Below are positions 16,545-45,802 of a stretch of 64,000 nucleotides of DNA, piece by piece. The DNA is taken from NCBI RefSeq assembly GCF_009914755.1, contig NC_060934.1; one strand, given 5' to 3'. Positions within the stretch are counted from its first letter, which is position 1, and every line of letters starts with the position of its first letter. The DNA is from the human T2T-CHM13v2.0 reference genome, Homo sapiens. The translations under genes and the position numbers were made by a program. The notes under the pieces were generated by a model. That model had not been told where the DNA came from. It did no database searches and saw only the letters and a program-made list of their open reading frames with translations.

Positions 16545-19500
16545 TAATAATTAATAGACTATTTTTTAGAGAAGTTTTAGGTTCACAGAAAAATTGAACA
16601 GAAATTACAGAGCTCCCATTAGTGCAGTCCCCCCATTCCCGCATAAAGCTTCCCCTGTTATTAACATTTTGCATTAATGTGATACATTTGTTATGGTTGA
16701 TGAACCAATTTTGATACATTATTATTAACTAAAGTCCATAGTTTACATCTGGTTTGCTTTTTGCCTTGTACAGCTCAGTGGGTTTTGACAAATGTATCAT
16801 GTCTTGGATCCACCATTACAGTGTCACAGAATAGTTTAATTGCCCCCAAAATCCCCTGTGTCCCACCTATTCACCTCTTCCTCCATCCACCTGAATCCCT
16901 GGAAACCACTAATCTGTTTATTTACTGTTTCTGTAGTATTTCCTTTTCAAGAATGTTGTATATTTGATATTATTAGTCTTTCTTTTACCTAACAATGTAC
17001 AGTTAAAGTTCCTCTGTGTCTTTCAATAGTTTGACAGTTTATTTCTTTTTAATTGCTGATAAATAATCAATTTATGGATTTACTACAATTTATCCATTTA
17101 CCTATGAAAGGGCATCTTGGTTGTTTCCACGTTTTGGCAATTATAAATAAAGCTACTATCAACACTTTTGTTCAGGTTTTTGTGTGGATGTAAGTTTTCA
17201 GCTCAATTGGGTAAACACAAAGGAGCATGACTGCTAAGTCATATAATAAGAGTTGTTTAGCATTATAAGAAACTGCCAAATAAGCGTGCAAAGGGGCTGT
17301 ACCATTTTGCATTCCCCCCTGCAATTGAGGAGAATTCTTGTTGCTCCATATCTTTGTCAGCATTTAGAATTGACAGTGTTTGGGCTTTTAGCCATTCTAA
17401 TAGTTGTGTAGTGATTTTTCATTGTTTTCATTTGCAGTTCCATGATTATACATGATGTTGAGCATGTTTTCATAAGCTTATTTGCCATCTGTTTCATTTC
17501 TTTGGTGAGGTATTCAGGTCTTTTACCCATTTTAAAAATTGGGTTATTCGTTTTCTTATTGTTGAGTTTTAAGAGTTCTTTTTATATTTTGGATACAAGC
17601 CTTGTATCAGATATGTATTTGGCAAAGATATTCTCTCAGTCTGTGGCTTATCTTTTCATTCTTTTAGCAGTGTCTTTTGCAGAGCCAGAATAAAGTCAAA
17701 CTTAACATTTTTTTTTTTATTTCACGAATTGTGCTTTAGGTGTTGTGTGTAAAAATTCATCTTCAAACCCAAAGTTACCTAGATAGTCTCTTCTACTGCC
17801 TTGTAAAAGTTTTATAGTTTTGCATTTTACATTTATAACTATGATCCATTTTGAGTTAATTTTTTTTTTTTTGAGATGGAGTCTCGCTCTGTCGCTGGAG
17901 TACAATGGTGCAATCTCGACCCACTGCAACCTCCGCCTCCCTGTTCAAGTGATTCTCCTGCCTCAGCCTCCCTAGCAGCTGGGACCACAGGCGTGCGCCA
18001 CCACGCCCGGCTAATTTTTGCATTTTTAGTAGAGATGGGGTTTCACCATGTTGGTCAGGCTGGTCTCGAACTCCTGAACTCGTGATCCGCCTGCCTCAGC
18101 CTCCCAAAGTACTGGGATTACAGGCGTGAGCCACTGCGCCCAGCCCATTTTGAGTTAATTTTTGTGAGAACTGTAAAGTCTATGTCTAGAGTCATTGTTT
18201 TTTTTTTTTTGCATTTGGATGTCCAGTTGTTTCAGCATCATTTGTTGAGAAGAGTACTATTTCTTCATTGAGTTGCCTTTGTTCCTTTGCCAAAGATCAG
18301 TTGCGTATATTTGTGAGTCTGTTTTTGGACTCTTTATTCTGTTTGCTTGTCTGTCTATTTTGGCAGTGCTACATGTCTTGATTACTTTAGCTTTTAGTAA
18401 GTATTGAAGTTGGGTAGTGTCAGTCCTCCAACTTTGTTGTTCTTCAACATTGTGTTGACTTCTCTGGGTCTATTAAACTTTATAAACTTTAGAAACAATT
18501 TGTTGGTATCCAAAAAATACCTTGCTGGGATTTTGATTGAGATTGCATTGAATCTATGGATTAAATGGACAAGAACTTGTATCTTAACAATATTGTATCT
18601 TTCATTCTATGAACTTGAAATATCTCTCCATTTATTTAGATCTTATTTGCTTTCTTTCATCAGAGTAATGAACTTTTCCTCATATAGATCTCGTACATAT
18701 TTTCTTTTAGATTTACACTGAAGTGTTGAAATTTCAGTGCTACTATAAATGGTGTTAATATCTATAATTTAAAATTCAAATACAAATGCTTCATTGCTGG
18801 TATATAGGAAAGCAATTGCAATTAACTTTTGTGTCCTGTAAATTTGCAATAATTGTTTATTACTAGATATTGGTGATTCTTTGGGATATTCTATAGAGAC
18901 AGTCACATTATCTAACAGACAGTGTTACTTCTTCCTTCTGATTTTCTTTTCTTATATTATTGCATTAGCTAGGACTTCCAGTATGATGTTAAATAGCATG
19001 GTAAAAATGGGCATGCTTGCCTTCTTCCTGATCTTAGGGAGGAAGCATTTAGGATTTCACTGTAAGTATGATGTTAGCTATAAACTTTCTGTAGATTTTC
19101 TTTATCAAACTGAGGAAGCTTACTTCTATTTTATTTATAATTTACAAAGAGTTTTTTAAAATTATGAGTAGGTGTTAGATTTTGTCAAATACGTTTTCTG
19201 CATTTATTGATATGATCATATGATTTTTCTTCTTTAGCATGTAGATTACATTAATTGATTTTTGAATATTGGACTAGCCTTACGTACCTGGAATAACCCA
19301 TTTGGTTGTGTTGTATAGTTCTTTCTATACATTTATGTATGTGATTTGCTAATGTTTTGTTGAGGATTTTCACATATGTATTCATGAAAGATATTCATCT
19401 GTAGTTTTCTTTTCTTGTAATGTCTTTGTCCGGCTTTGGTATTGGAGTGATACTGGCCTCATAGAATGAGTCAGGAAATGTTCTCTGTGTTTCTGTCTTC

Positions 19501-19795
19501 TGGAAGAGATCATAAAGAATTGGCATAATTTCTTAGTTAAATTTTGGTAGAATTTGCCAAGTGAAACCATCTGAGCATAGTACCTGCTGTTTTGGAAGGT
19601 TATTAATTATTGATTCAATTTCTTTTAAATAGGCCTATTCATAATATCAATTTCTCCTTTGTGAGTTTTGGTAGATTGTGAGTTTCCAAGAATTTGTCCA
19701 TATAATCTAAATTATCAAATTTGTTAGCATAAGTTATTTATAGTATTTGTTTATTGTCCCTTTATGTCCATGTGGTCGGTAGGGATGGTCCCTCT
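16545..19795 (-). mobile_element. L1MC/L1MD-type LINE-1 (3' UTR and ORF2), interrupted by an Alu
   Basis: aatagactattttttagagaagttttaggttcacagaaaaattg 3' end; degenerate ORF2. Confidence 0.75.
17860..18145 (-). mobile_element. AluSg/Sc-like
   Basis: Full dimer; TSD ccattttgagttaatttt on both sides. Confidence 0.92.
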
Positions 19796-20960
19796 TTCTT
19801 TTTTTGCAAATAGAAATAATTTTATTTCTTGCATTCGTATTTGGACACCTTTTATTTCTTTTCTTGCTTAATTGCTCTAGCTAGGAATTCCAGCACTATG
19901 TTGAATAGAAGTGGCAAGAATGGGCATCTTTATCTTGTTCTTCATCTTAGAGGAAAATCTTTCAACTTTTCACTGTTGACTGTGTAGCTGTGGGCTTGTG
20001 ATAGTTGGCCATTATTGTTTTGAAGTACATTCCTTCTGTATCTAATTTATTATTTTTGTCATGAAAGAATGTTGAATTTTTTCAAATGTTTTTCCCCATA
20101 TATTGAGGCTATCATATGATTTTTGTATTTTATTCTAGTAATACAGTATATCACATTTATTTGCATATTTTGAACCATCTTTGCACCCCAGGGATCAGTC
20201 CCACTTGGTCATAGTGAATGATTCTTTTAATGTGCTGTCAATTCAGTTTGCTAGTATTTTGTTAAAGATATTTGTATCCATATTCATCAGAGATATTGGA
20301 CTGTGTTTTCTTTTCTCATAGCGTCTTTGTCTGGCTTTGGTATTAGGGTAATACTAACCTTGAAAAATAGTTCAGAAGTATTCCTTCCTCTTCAAGATTT
20401 TCGAAGAATTCGAGAAGGATTCTACTAGTTCTTTAAATGTTGGGTAGAATTAGGCCATAAAACCACTGGGTCCTGGTTTTTTCTTTTTTTTTTTTAGTGG
20501 GGGATTTTATCACTGAGTCAGTCTTCTTATTAATTACTAGTCTGTTCAGACTTTCTGTTTCTTCATGATTTAGTCTTGGTGGGTTGTATGTGTCTATGAA
20601 TTATCCAGTTATTTTAGGGTATCTAATTTGTGGGTGTATAAATGTTCACAGTAGTCTTTATCCTTTGTATTTTTGTGGTATCAGTTATTATGTCTCTTCT
20701 TTCTTTTCCAATGTTACTTGAGTCTTGCTGTTTTTTCTTAGTCCAGCTAAAGTCTTGTCAATTATGTTTATCTTTTCAAAAACCAAATCTTAGTTTTGTT
20801 GAACTTTTCTATGATTTTTCTAGTCTCTATTTTATGTACTTCTGCGCTAATCTCTTATTTCCTTCCTTTTACTAACTTTGGGCTCAGTTTGTTCTTTTTC
20901 TAGTTCCTTGAGGTGTGACATTACGTTATTTGAGCTCTTTTGTCTTTTTTTAATGTATAC

Positions 20961-21130
20961 TTTATTTATTTACTTATTTATTTAGAGATAGGGTCTTGCT
21001 CTGTTGCCCAGGCTGGAGTAGAGTGATGTGATCATAGCTCACTCCAACCTCAAACTCCTGGCCTCAAGTGATTCTCTCACTTAGCCTCCTTAGTAGCTGA
21101 TATTGCAAGTGTGGGACACTGTGCCCAGCT
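20961..21130 (-). mobile_element. FLAM/FRAM monomeric Alu
   Basis: Single arm with (TTTA)n tail. Confidence 0.8.
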
Positions 21131-23147
21131 TGAATGTAGGTTTTTATTGCTATAATCTTCCTTTTAATAACTGCTTTTGCTGCATCACATAAATTTTGGT
21201 ATGTTTCCATTTTTGTGTGTCATAAGATATTTTTTGATTTCTTTTTGATTTTCTTTTTGACCCATTGCTCAGGAGTATGTTAGTTTCCACATATTTGTAA
21301 ATCTTTCAATTTTTCTTCAGTTATTGATTTCTAGTTTCATGCCACTGTGATTGGGAAATACTTGATATGATTTTAGCCTTCTTAAATTTTATAAGACTTA
21401 CTGGCCTAACACAAGATCTGTCCTTTAGAACATTCCATTTGCACTTGAGAAAGCTCTATATTCTCCTGCTGTTGAATGGACTATCTTGTATATGTCTGTT
21501 AGGTCCATTGGTGTAAAGTGTGGTTAAAATGTAAGGTTTCCTTATTTGTTTTCTGTCTGGATGATTTGTCCATTATTGAATGTAGAGTACTGAAGGCCTC
21601 TGCTATTATTGTATTGCTGTCTATCTCTCTCTTCAGATCTATTAATATTTGTTTTATATATTTAGGTGTTGCAATGTTGGGTGTGTATATATTTGTTATA
21701 TTCTCTTGAGCTTTTTTCATTATATAATAATCTTCTTTGTCTCTTGTGACTGTTTTTGATTTAAAGTATCTGGTCTGATGTCCAAGTATAGCCACAGCTG
21801 CTCATTTATTGGTTTCTAATTGCATGGAGTATCTACTTAACATCCCTTCACATTTATTCTGTGAGTAAGCAGCAGGTAGTCTTGTTTTTTTATTCATTCA
21901 GCCCTTCTGTGTCTTTGAATTGAATAATTTGATCCATTTACTCTCAAGTTACCTTTAATAAATAAGGACTTACTATTGCCATTCTGTTAATTGCTTTTTA
22001 GCTGTTTTGTAGATCCTTTGTTCTTTTATTCCCTGTTTGCTATCTTCCTTTGTGATTTGTTGATATACTTTTACTCCCCTCTAAGCATTTTATGTTTTTG
22101 ATGTTATAATTCACATATTTTATATTGAATTTTATTAAGAAATTATTGTAGCTATAGGTATTTTGTTTTTTACCCTTTATTCTGTAGACATAAGTGATTT
22201 ACAGACTACTGTTACAATATTATGGTATGTAATTTTACTATATACACACTTTCACCAGTGAGTTTTATACTTTCATATGTATTTGTGTTACTACTTAGTG
22301 TCCTTTCATTTCAGATTGAAGAGCTCCCTTTATCATTTTTGTAAGGCAAGCCTGATGATGATGAACTCCCTGAGCTTTTGTCAGAGAAAGTATCACTCCT
22401 TCATTTTTGTAGACCAACTTTTCTGGGTAAGGTATTCTTGGTTGGCAGTTTTTTTCTTCCAGAACTTTGAAAATATCTTCTTACTCTCTCTTAGACTGCA
22501 AAATTTTCACTGCTGATAGCCCTATGGGGATTCTCTCTGTGTGAGGAAGCTCTTTTCTTTGTTGCTTTCAAGATTCTCTTTTTGTCTTTAATTTTTGACA
22601 GTTTGGTTATAATACATTTTGATGAAATATTCTTTGGGTTGTACCTGTTTGGAGACGTTTTATCTTTCTGATGTTTATATCTTTCCCTATATTTGGGACA
22701 TTTTGAGCCATTATTTCTTCAAATAAGCTTTCTGCCCCTTTTTCTTTTCTTTTTTTTTAATTCCTATAATGTAAATGATAACACTCTTGATGCTGTCCCA
22801 TAAATCCTGTAGGCTTTATTTATTTTATTTTTCAGAATTAAAAAATTTAAATTTTTACATATTTAGAGGAGATAACTGCAGATTTCTTACATGTATATAT
22901 TGTGTCGTGGTGAAGTCTGGGCTTTTAGTGTACCCATCACCTGAATAGTGAACATTGTATCCAATAGGTAATAGCCTTTAAAATTCCTTTTTATTCATTA
23001 TTCTTTTTTTCCTAACTGTATATTTTCAAATAACTTTCTTTAAGTTTACAGATTCTTTCTTCTCCTTGATGAATTATACAGTGGACATATTTTTTACTTA
23101 TCTTTTCTAATTTTAATTTTATTATATTCTTTGGCATCAGAATTTCT

Positions 23148-29287
<6,140 letters not shown>

Positions 29288-31165
29288 GCATCAGAATTTC
29301 TGTATGGTTCTTCTGTATGATTTCTATCACTCTGTTAAACTTCTCATTTTGTTCGTGTATTGTTTTTCTGATTTTTGTTAAGTTGTCTATCAGTGTTTTC
29401 TTATAGCTTACTGAGCTTCCTTAAAACTATTATTTGAATATTTCGTCAGATATTGATAGAGTCACTTCTTCTAGACTTTATGGACTAGTTTTATATGAAA
29501 AGATCTTCACCTATGGGTGGTTGTGAGTACACTAGCTGGGTGGGGTGTGGCAATTCAGGATCCAGTGAGGTTGTGGCAGTTTAGTGTTCATGTAGCTTTT
29601 TCGGCTGTGGTTGATATGGGTAAAAATTTCAGTGGTGTACAGTGGCCAAGGCTGTAGGTATCTGCAACAGTGGGAAAGCCTGACAGAATTCTTCTAATCT
29701 CTTTTACTTCCCTAAGGGAAGCTGTGGCAGAGGTGACACCTCTTGGTTCTGGATTTGGCTGGTGGGTGTGCTTCTAGTGACAGTGGTACTAATGTCTGAT
29801 GCATGATACCTGTGGAGTGGTCAAGGAGCTTGGATCTGGGAGCACAGGCATGTATGGATTGACAGTGGCTTTGGGGTCCAGATGCTAGTGTGTGCAAGTC
29901 TACTGCTGCTCTGAGGACTGTGATATGGATATCCCTGCTGCATTGATGGTTCTGGTGTCTAGAATGCAGGCACTTGTTGAGTGGTTGCAGAGCCACATTC
30001 TGGAATGTGGTCACACCTGGAGAGCAACAGTTGCGTGGGCTAGCTTGTTGTGGTGGTAGCTCTGATGTCTGATGCATGTGCAGTCAGAGTCTCAAAGAGT
30101 TGCAGCAGAGCTGAGGTTGCAGCCCACATGTGTACTGAGAGACTGCAGCTTCAGGGCCCTGGGCAAGGCTAGCATGTAAAGCCAGTGGCTCTGGTGACTA
30201 TATTATACATGTGCATGGTGCAGCCTTAGAGATGTGGACTGGAGTGTGAACACATGCAGAGCAACAGTGGTTCCAGGATTGAGCTGTGGCTTAGCTCACT
30301 GTGGCAGTGGCTCAGATACCTGAAGCATAGGATTCCTAGAGGAGTGGCAGAGCTAGGGTTCATTGTGCAGGCTGGTGCAGAGTGAGCATGGCTCTAGGGC
30401 CTGGGGTGGGGCTACCCCTCAGTGAAGGGGGCTGTGGTGTCTGAGGCATGGAAGTGCGTGATCCAACGTTCAAGCCAGTGCTGGAGCCTGGGTACATATG
30501 GAAAGATTGTGACTCTGTGGTCTGGGTCACACATGGAATTGGGGCATGGTGGCTCTGGTCCTGGGTTGGCACAACAGTGGTTCCTTCTTGGTGGTGGATG
30601 GAGCAACATTTCTCTTATCTGGGGGTTTAATGGTGGCAGTGGTTATTAGTTATCTCAGTGGTGAGAGCTGTCAGTGTTCTCTGTAGAGCAGGCTACTAGG
30701 AACCATGGTGGGACATGTTGCATGGCTCATAGTGATAGTTCCTGCACTCTTCCTCATTCCTTGCTGTCTCCAGCTGTCTCTGGTATGCTGATCTCCTCAG
30801 CTATCCTGTCTGTGTGGTTATTCTCCATTTTTTTGCTTTACTATCTTGCTGCAACTTCTTTGAGACTTTGAGCCCTACCAAGGCCACTTTCATCCATGGA
30901 TAGCTGTCTAGTGGTTGTTTCTTTGTGGGGAGATGAAGACTGATATCTCCTACTTTCTCATCTTGCTAATGTCATTTTGTGTTCTTCCTTTTTTTCCCCC
31001 AGGAATGTTTTGTAATGGCTTTTTCTTCTTTCTGGGGACTGAATTTTCAAATTGTGGCGGAAATAATAGTTGATGTTCCTTGTAGTCCTTTACCATATTT
31101 AGGGCAGAATTTAAAATCGTCTCATATGCTATGATCAGATTACTCTTAAAATATTGTTTTATTTT

Positions 31166-31460
31166 GGCTGGGTGCAGTGGCTCACGCCTGTAATCCCAGC
31201 ACTTTGGGAGGCCCAGACGGGCTGATCATGAGGTCAGGAGATTGAGACCATCCTGGCTAACACGGTGAAACCCTGTCTCTACTAAAAATACAAAAAAATT
31301 ACCTGGGTGTGGTGGTGGGCTCCTGTAGTCCCAGCTACTCGGGAGGCTGAGGCAGGAGAATGGCAGTGAACCCGGGAGGCAGAGCTTGCAGTGAGCTGAG
31401 ATCGCGCCACTGCACTCCAGCCTGGGCGACAGAGCGAGACTCCGCCTCAAAAAAAAAAAA
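31166..31460 (+). mobile_element. AluY
   Basis: accatcctggctaacacgg, ggagaatggc, gagcttgcagtgag; A-tail. Confidence 0.92.
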
Positions 31461-32229
31461 GTTGGTGTTTTATTTTATCATTTACTGTAACTTTTTATGT
31501 AAACATTTTAAATTATTCTCTCTTACCTACAAAAAATTATAAATTTAATTCTTACGAAGCTGGCTTCTCCCAGTATCCTATTTGAATCTTTGAGGAATAT
31601 TGACTCTCTCAAAGTAAAGCCTCTGTTTGACTTGGTTTCTTGGTTGTACTTGATATATTTGGTACCCTGAATATATTTTACACATTTCTACTTTTTCTGC
31701 CTTTGCTTAGGGTGTTTACTTTTCATTTTTTTCTCTCTAATGAAACTCTGTCCATTCTTTAAGGCTTAGCTTCTTTATGTTTTTCTACTTTAACTTCTCA
31801 GCTCCTAAATATTTATTATTCTTCTATACCACTCTTTTGACACGTGGGATAGAAAAAATATAATTAATGTTTAGGAACTCTTGTATGCTTCTATATTATT
31901 TAACATTTTCTTTGTGTCATGTCTTGTTTATCTAGCAGAAAACTTAGTGCAGGGACTGTCTTCTGTCATATACTTTTTATGTCACAAGATTGAAGAGTCT
32001 TGTGGTATTACCCCAGTAGTTCATTGATTATTATGGATCATTATTATGTTGGTTCTCTTTTAAGTAGCATCTTAGTTTCTCTTTTGGGTTCTTTGATACA
32101 GTTGTAAAGCTTAACAGGTTAGCTAGATCCTTCCCATAGACCTTATTGACTTAGCAACAGCAACTAAAGCAGTTCTCTTTTAGTATGCTATAGTCCCTCT
32201 GATATTCCATATCATAAGAAGGTCACATA

Positions 32230-32415
32230 TGTTGGACATTAATCCAGTTTTGTCTTTTACTAGATATATAGTATTGATCAAGTTATGTAACCTCTTTGAG
32301 CCTGAACTTCTTTATTTGAAAATTATGACAGTATCTTATTTTTTAGATTAAGAATAAGAGAATGCAATATAACATGGTGATTTGCACATAATAGGTGTTT
32401 AATAAAATGGTAGCT
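32230..32415 (+). mobile_element. MIR
   Basis: caagttatgtaacctctttgagcctg...aataaaatggtagctatt. Confidence 0.55.
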
Positions 32416-32572
32416 ATTCTCCTCATAAGCATTCTGTTAATAGTCATGTAGCCCATGCTAGCCCCTCTTTATGTTTGTTTAGCTTTCACATCTATAGCAG
32501 TTATATTTAGCATAGAGCTATAACTTAAGCTATTTATAAAACCTTTAACATTTTTGACTTTTTAAATAATAG

Positions 32573-32648
32573 AAACTGCTCATTCAATGACTAATCGATT
32601 TAATGCCATGTTGAAAGTATTTGAAAACCAGGCAAATATGTTGGAGAG
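32573..32648 (+). CDS. CCDC7: CCDC7 coding exon (76 nt, (Q)TAHSMTNRFNAMLKVFENQANMLE+AG)
   Basis: aataatag|AAACTGCT...GGAGAG|gtaagc; phases 1-2 fit. Confidence 0.9.
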
Positions 32649-32914
32649 GTAAGCTTTTTTGTTTTTGCATTTTATTATTTTTCTATTTTTAAAAAAAGAC
32701 AGATAAAATTGTATTTTTCCATATGTAATATGTTCATTGAAAAAAGTTAGTACGTGTTTATTGCAGAAATATTGAAAACATAAAGAAGAAAATAACACCT
32801 CTATCAACAAATTTAGAATTTCTTATATCAATTTTTATGATTTTATGTATGTATAATTTTTACATGGAAAGTTATAAACATAGAGAATGTAAAATGAAAT
32901 GTAAAATATGTGCT

Positions 32915-33515
32915 ATGGGAAAATAGTATATTGGTTCCTAAAAAAATTAAAAACAGAATTACCATATGATCCAGCAATTCCACTTCTGGGCATATATACC
33001 CCAAAATTGAAAACAGAGTGTTGAAGGGATATTTGTACATCCATGTTTGTTGCAGCATTATTCACAATAGCCAAAAGATGGAAGCAACCCACATGTGCAA
33101 CAATGAATAAATGGATAAACAAAATGTGGCATATACATATAATGAAATTATTATTGAGTCTTAAAGGAAATTCTAATACATGCTACAACATGGATGAACC
33201 CTGAGGACATTCTGCTAAGTATAATAAGCCAGCCACAAAAAAGACAAATGCAATTATTCCTCTTACATGAGGTATCTAGAGTAGTGTCAACTTCATAGAC
33301 ACAGAAGATAGAATGATGGTTGCCAGGGGGTACAGGAGGGGGAAATGGGGAGTTATTGTTTGATGCACACAAAGCTTCAGTTTTACATGAGGAGAAGAGT
33401 TCTGGAGATTGGTTGTAAAATAATGTAAAGTTACGTAACACTGCTGAACTATACACTTAAAATGATTAAGATGGTAAATTTTATGTTATATGTATTTTTC
33501 CATAGTTAAAAAAGT
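32915..33515 (+). mobile_element. L1MB 3' end
   Basis: agaattaccatatgatccagcaattccacttctggg ... ggtaaattttatgttatatgtattt. Confidence 0.8.
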
Positions 33516-35041
33516 TAAAAGTTGCGATGATACAAAATGTAGTTTGTGAATATTTTTTCACCTGTAAACTCATTTAATTTCTTTTTAAAATAAATGTTTT
33601 ATTTTTTATTGACAAAATTATATATATTTATGGTATAAAATGTGATGTTTTTATATGTACATACCTTGTGGAATCGCTAAATCAAGCTATGTAACAGACC
33701 CAAAATCCTCACATACATATCTTTTTTTTTCTGGTGAAAACACTTAAAAACTACTCTCTAGAAACTTTCCCTTTGTCTAGCTGAAATTTTGTACCCTTTG
33801 ACCAACATCTCCGCATTTTCCCCCAACCCCAGCCTCTAGTGACCAGCATTCTGTTCTCTATTTCCATGAGTTTGACTTTTTAGGGTTCTACATATAAGTG
33901 AGATCATGCAGTAATTGTCTTTCTGTACCTGACTTCTTAGCATAATGCCCTTCAGTTTCATCCATGTTGTTGCAGATGACAGGATTTCCTTCTTTTTAAG
34001 GCTGGATAATATTTTATATTTATATTTATATTTAATATATATATCTGTATATATATATCTTCCACATGTTCTTTATCTATTTTTACATTTATGGACACTT
34101 AGGTTGATTCCATATTGTAGTTATTGTGAATAATACTGCAGTGAACATGGGAGTATGGGTATCTACTCAACATGATTTATCCCATTTCCTTTAGATGTAT
34201 ACTCAGAAATGGAATTTTTTGGTCATTCGGTAGTTCTGTTTTTATCTTTTTTGAAGAATCTCCATACTGTTTTCCATAAAGCTGAACTAATTTACATTCT
34301 CACTAACAGTGTATAAGAGTTCCCTTTTCTCCACATTCTTGCCAGTACTTAAATGTTTTTTCTTTTTGATAATAGCCATTTTTTTTGATAACAGATGTGA
34401 GGTAATATTACATGGTGGTTTAAATTTACTTTTCCTTGATGATTAGTGATGTTGAACATTTTTTTCATATACCCTGTTGACCATTCACATGTCTTTTTTT
34501 GAGAAATATCAAACCATTTGCCCATTTTTAAATGGTGTTATTTGTTTTCTTGTAGTTGAGTTGAGCTCCTTTTACATCTTGGATATTAAACTCTTATCAG
34601 ATGTATGGTTTGCAAATATTTTCTCCCATTCCATAGTTTGTATCTTTATTCCATTGATTGTTTCCTTTGCTCTACAGAAACTATTTAGCTTGATGCAGTC
34701 CCATTTGTCTATTTTTGCTTTTGTTACCTGTGCTTTTGGGGTCATATCAAAAAAATCTTTTCCAAGACCAATGTCAAGAAGTTTTCACCCTGTTTTCTTC
34801 AAGTAGTTTTACAGTTTCAGGTTTTACGTTTAAGTTTTTAATTCATTTTGGGTCTATTTTTGTATATGAGATGAGATAAGGACCCTATTTCATTCTTCTG
34901 TAGTCTCTTCAACACAATTTATTGAAGAGACATTCTTTTCCTAATTATGTGTTTTTGGACATTTGTCAAAGATCAGTTGATCATATATATGTAAATTTAT
35001 TTCTGGGCTCTCTATTCTGTTCCATTGGCTATGTCTGTTTT

Positions 35042-43167
<8,126 letters not shown>

Positions 43168-44770
43168 TTGGCTGTATCTGTTTTGATGCTAGGGTCATGC
43201 AGTTTTGATTACTACAGCTTTGTGTATTAGATTTTGAGATAATGTGATGCCTCCACCTTTGTTCTTTTTGCTTGTGATTGCTTTGGCTACTCAGGGTCTT
43301 TTGTGGTCCCATATGAATTTTAGGATCTATTTTTATTTCTGTGAAAAATGTCATTGAAATTTTCCTAGGGATTACATTGAATCTCTAAGTTATTTTGGGT
43401 AGCATGAACATTTTAACGATATTGTTTCAACTCATGAATATGGGATGTATTTTCAATTCTTTGTGTGTTCTTCAATTTATTTCATCAACATCTTATAGTT
43501 TTCAGTGCAAAAGATCTTTCACTTCTTTGATTAAGTGTATTCCCAAGTATTTTATTTCTTTTTATGCTATTATAAATGGGATTGTTTTCTTGCCTTCTTT
43601 TTTAGATAGTTTGTTGTTAATTTATAGAAACACAACTGATTTTTGTATTGGTTTTTGTATCCTGCAACTTTGTTGGATTCATTTGTTCTGCAAGTTTTTG
43701 GGGACATCTTTAGAGTTTTCTATATAGGAAAGTATATCATCTGGAAACAAATATGATTTTACTTATTCTTTTTCTATTTTGATGCATTTTATTTGTTTTT
43801 CTTGACTAATTGCCCTGGCTTGGACTTCTAGTACTATGTTGAATAGAAGTGGTGAGAGTGGGTATCCTTGTTTTTGATCTTAGAAGAAAAGCTTTCAACT
43901 TTTCACTGTTGAGTATAATAATGTTAGCTATGGGGTTCTGATATATGGATTTTATTATATTAAGGTACATTCCTTCTATACCTATTTATTGATGGGTCTT
44001 ATTATGAAAGGATGTTGAATTTTGTCAAATGCTTTTTCTGCATCTTATGATCATATGGTTTTGTCTTTCATTCTGCTAATATGATGCCCAACATTTATTG
44101 ATTTGCTGAATCATCCTTGCACTCCAGGGATAAATTCCACTTGATCATGGTGAATGATCCCTTTAATGTACTGTTAAATTTGTTTTGCTAGTATTGTGTT
44201 GAAGATTTTTACATCTATATTCATCAGGGATAATTTTCTTTTCTTGTGATGTCCATGTCTGACTTTGTTATCAGGGTGATTAATGAAGACTTGTGAAATA
44301 GTTTAGAAGTATTTCTTCCTCTTCAAGATTTTTGAAGAGTTTGAGAAGGATTGTATTAGTTCTTCTTTAAATATTTGGTAGAATTCAGCCATGAAGCCAG
44401 GAAGTCTTGGGCATTTCTTTGATAGGAGATTTTTTTATTATTGATTGACACTTCTTGGTCATTATTGGTCTTTTCAGATTTTCTATTTCTTCAGTCTTGG
44501 TAGGTTGTATGTTTCCAGGAATTTCCTAATTTTCTTCTAGGTTGTTCAGTTTGTTAGAATGTAATTTGTTTGTGGTAGTTTCTTATTATCTTTTTTTTAT
44601 TTCTATGGTATCAGTTGTAATGTCTCATTTTTCTTTACTGAGGTTATTTGGGCCTTCTCTCTCTTTTTTCTTAGTCCAGCTAAAGATTTGCTGATTTTAT
44701 CTTTTCAGAAAACTTTTAGTTTTGTTAACCTTTTCTATTGTTTTTCTAGTCTCTATTATTTATTGCTGGG

Positions 44771-45066
44771 TTTTTTTTTTTTTTTTTTTGAGATGGAGTT
44801 TTGCTCTGTCGCCCAGGCTGGAGTGCAGTGGCGCGATCTTGGCTCACTGCAAGCTCTGCCTCCCAGGTCATGCCATTCTCCTGCCTCAGCCTCCTGAGTA
44901 GCTGAGACTACAGGTGCCTGCCACAACGCCCGGCTAATTTTTTGTATTTTTAGTAGAGATGGGGTTTCACCGTGTTAGCCAGGATGGTCTTGATCTGACC
45001 ATGTGATCTGCCTGCCTCGGCCTCCCAAAGTGCTGGGATTACAGGCATGAGCCACCATGCCCGGCC
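44771..45066 (-). mobile_element. AluY
   Basis: gcaagctctgcc, gccattctc, ccgtgttagccaggatggtc. Confidence 0.9.
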
Positions 45067-45802
45067 TATTTCTGCTCTTTGTAATTTTCTTCCTTCTATG
45101 AACTATTGGCTTAATTTGTTATTTTTCTCGTTCTTTGGTGTATCACATTAGGTTATTTATTTGAGATCATTATTTCTTTTTTAAGTAGACATCTATTGCA
45201 ATAAACTTCCCACTTAGAACTGCTTTTGCTGCATTTCATGAGTTTTAGTATGTTGTATTTCCATTTTTGTTTGTCTGAAGATACTTTCTGATTTCCCTTT
45301 GGATTTCTTTTTTGACTCATCATTTGTTTAGGAGTGTTTTAATTTCTACATATTTGTGAATTTTTCCAGTTTTTCTCCTGTCATTGATTTCTAGTTTCAA
45401 ATTATTGTCATTGGAAAATATACTTGATATGACTTCAGTCTTCTTAAGTATATTAAGACATGTTTTGTGGTCTAACACATAACGTATCATGGGAAATATT
45501 TCATATTCACTCAAGGAGAACGTATGTTCTGCTGCTGTTGGGTGGAATGTTTTGTATGTGTCAGTTAGGTCCATTTGGCCTAAAGTATCGTTCAAGTCCG
45601 ATGTTTCCGCATTCATTTGTTGTCTGGATGAACTGTCTATTGTTGTAAATGAGGCATTACTGTAAATAGGCTATTATTATATTGCTGTCTGTCTCTCGAT
45701 TCAGATCTATTAATAGTTGCTGTATGTATTCAGGTAGTCTTATCTCGATGCATATTATTTAAAATTGTTATAACCTCTTGATGGATTGACCCCTTTATAA
45801 TT

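Noticed and set aside
29500-30700. GC-richer stretch with short ORFs as a promoter or unknown exon
   Set aside because: CpG-depleted and best explained as the degenerate 5' UTR of the old L1M host
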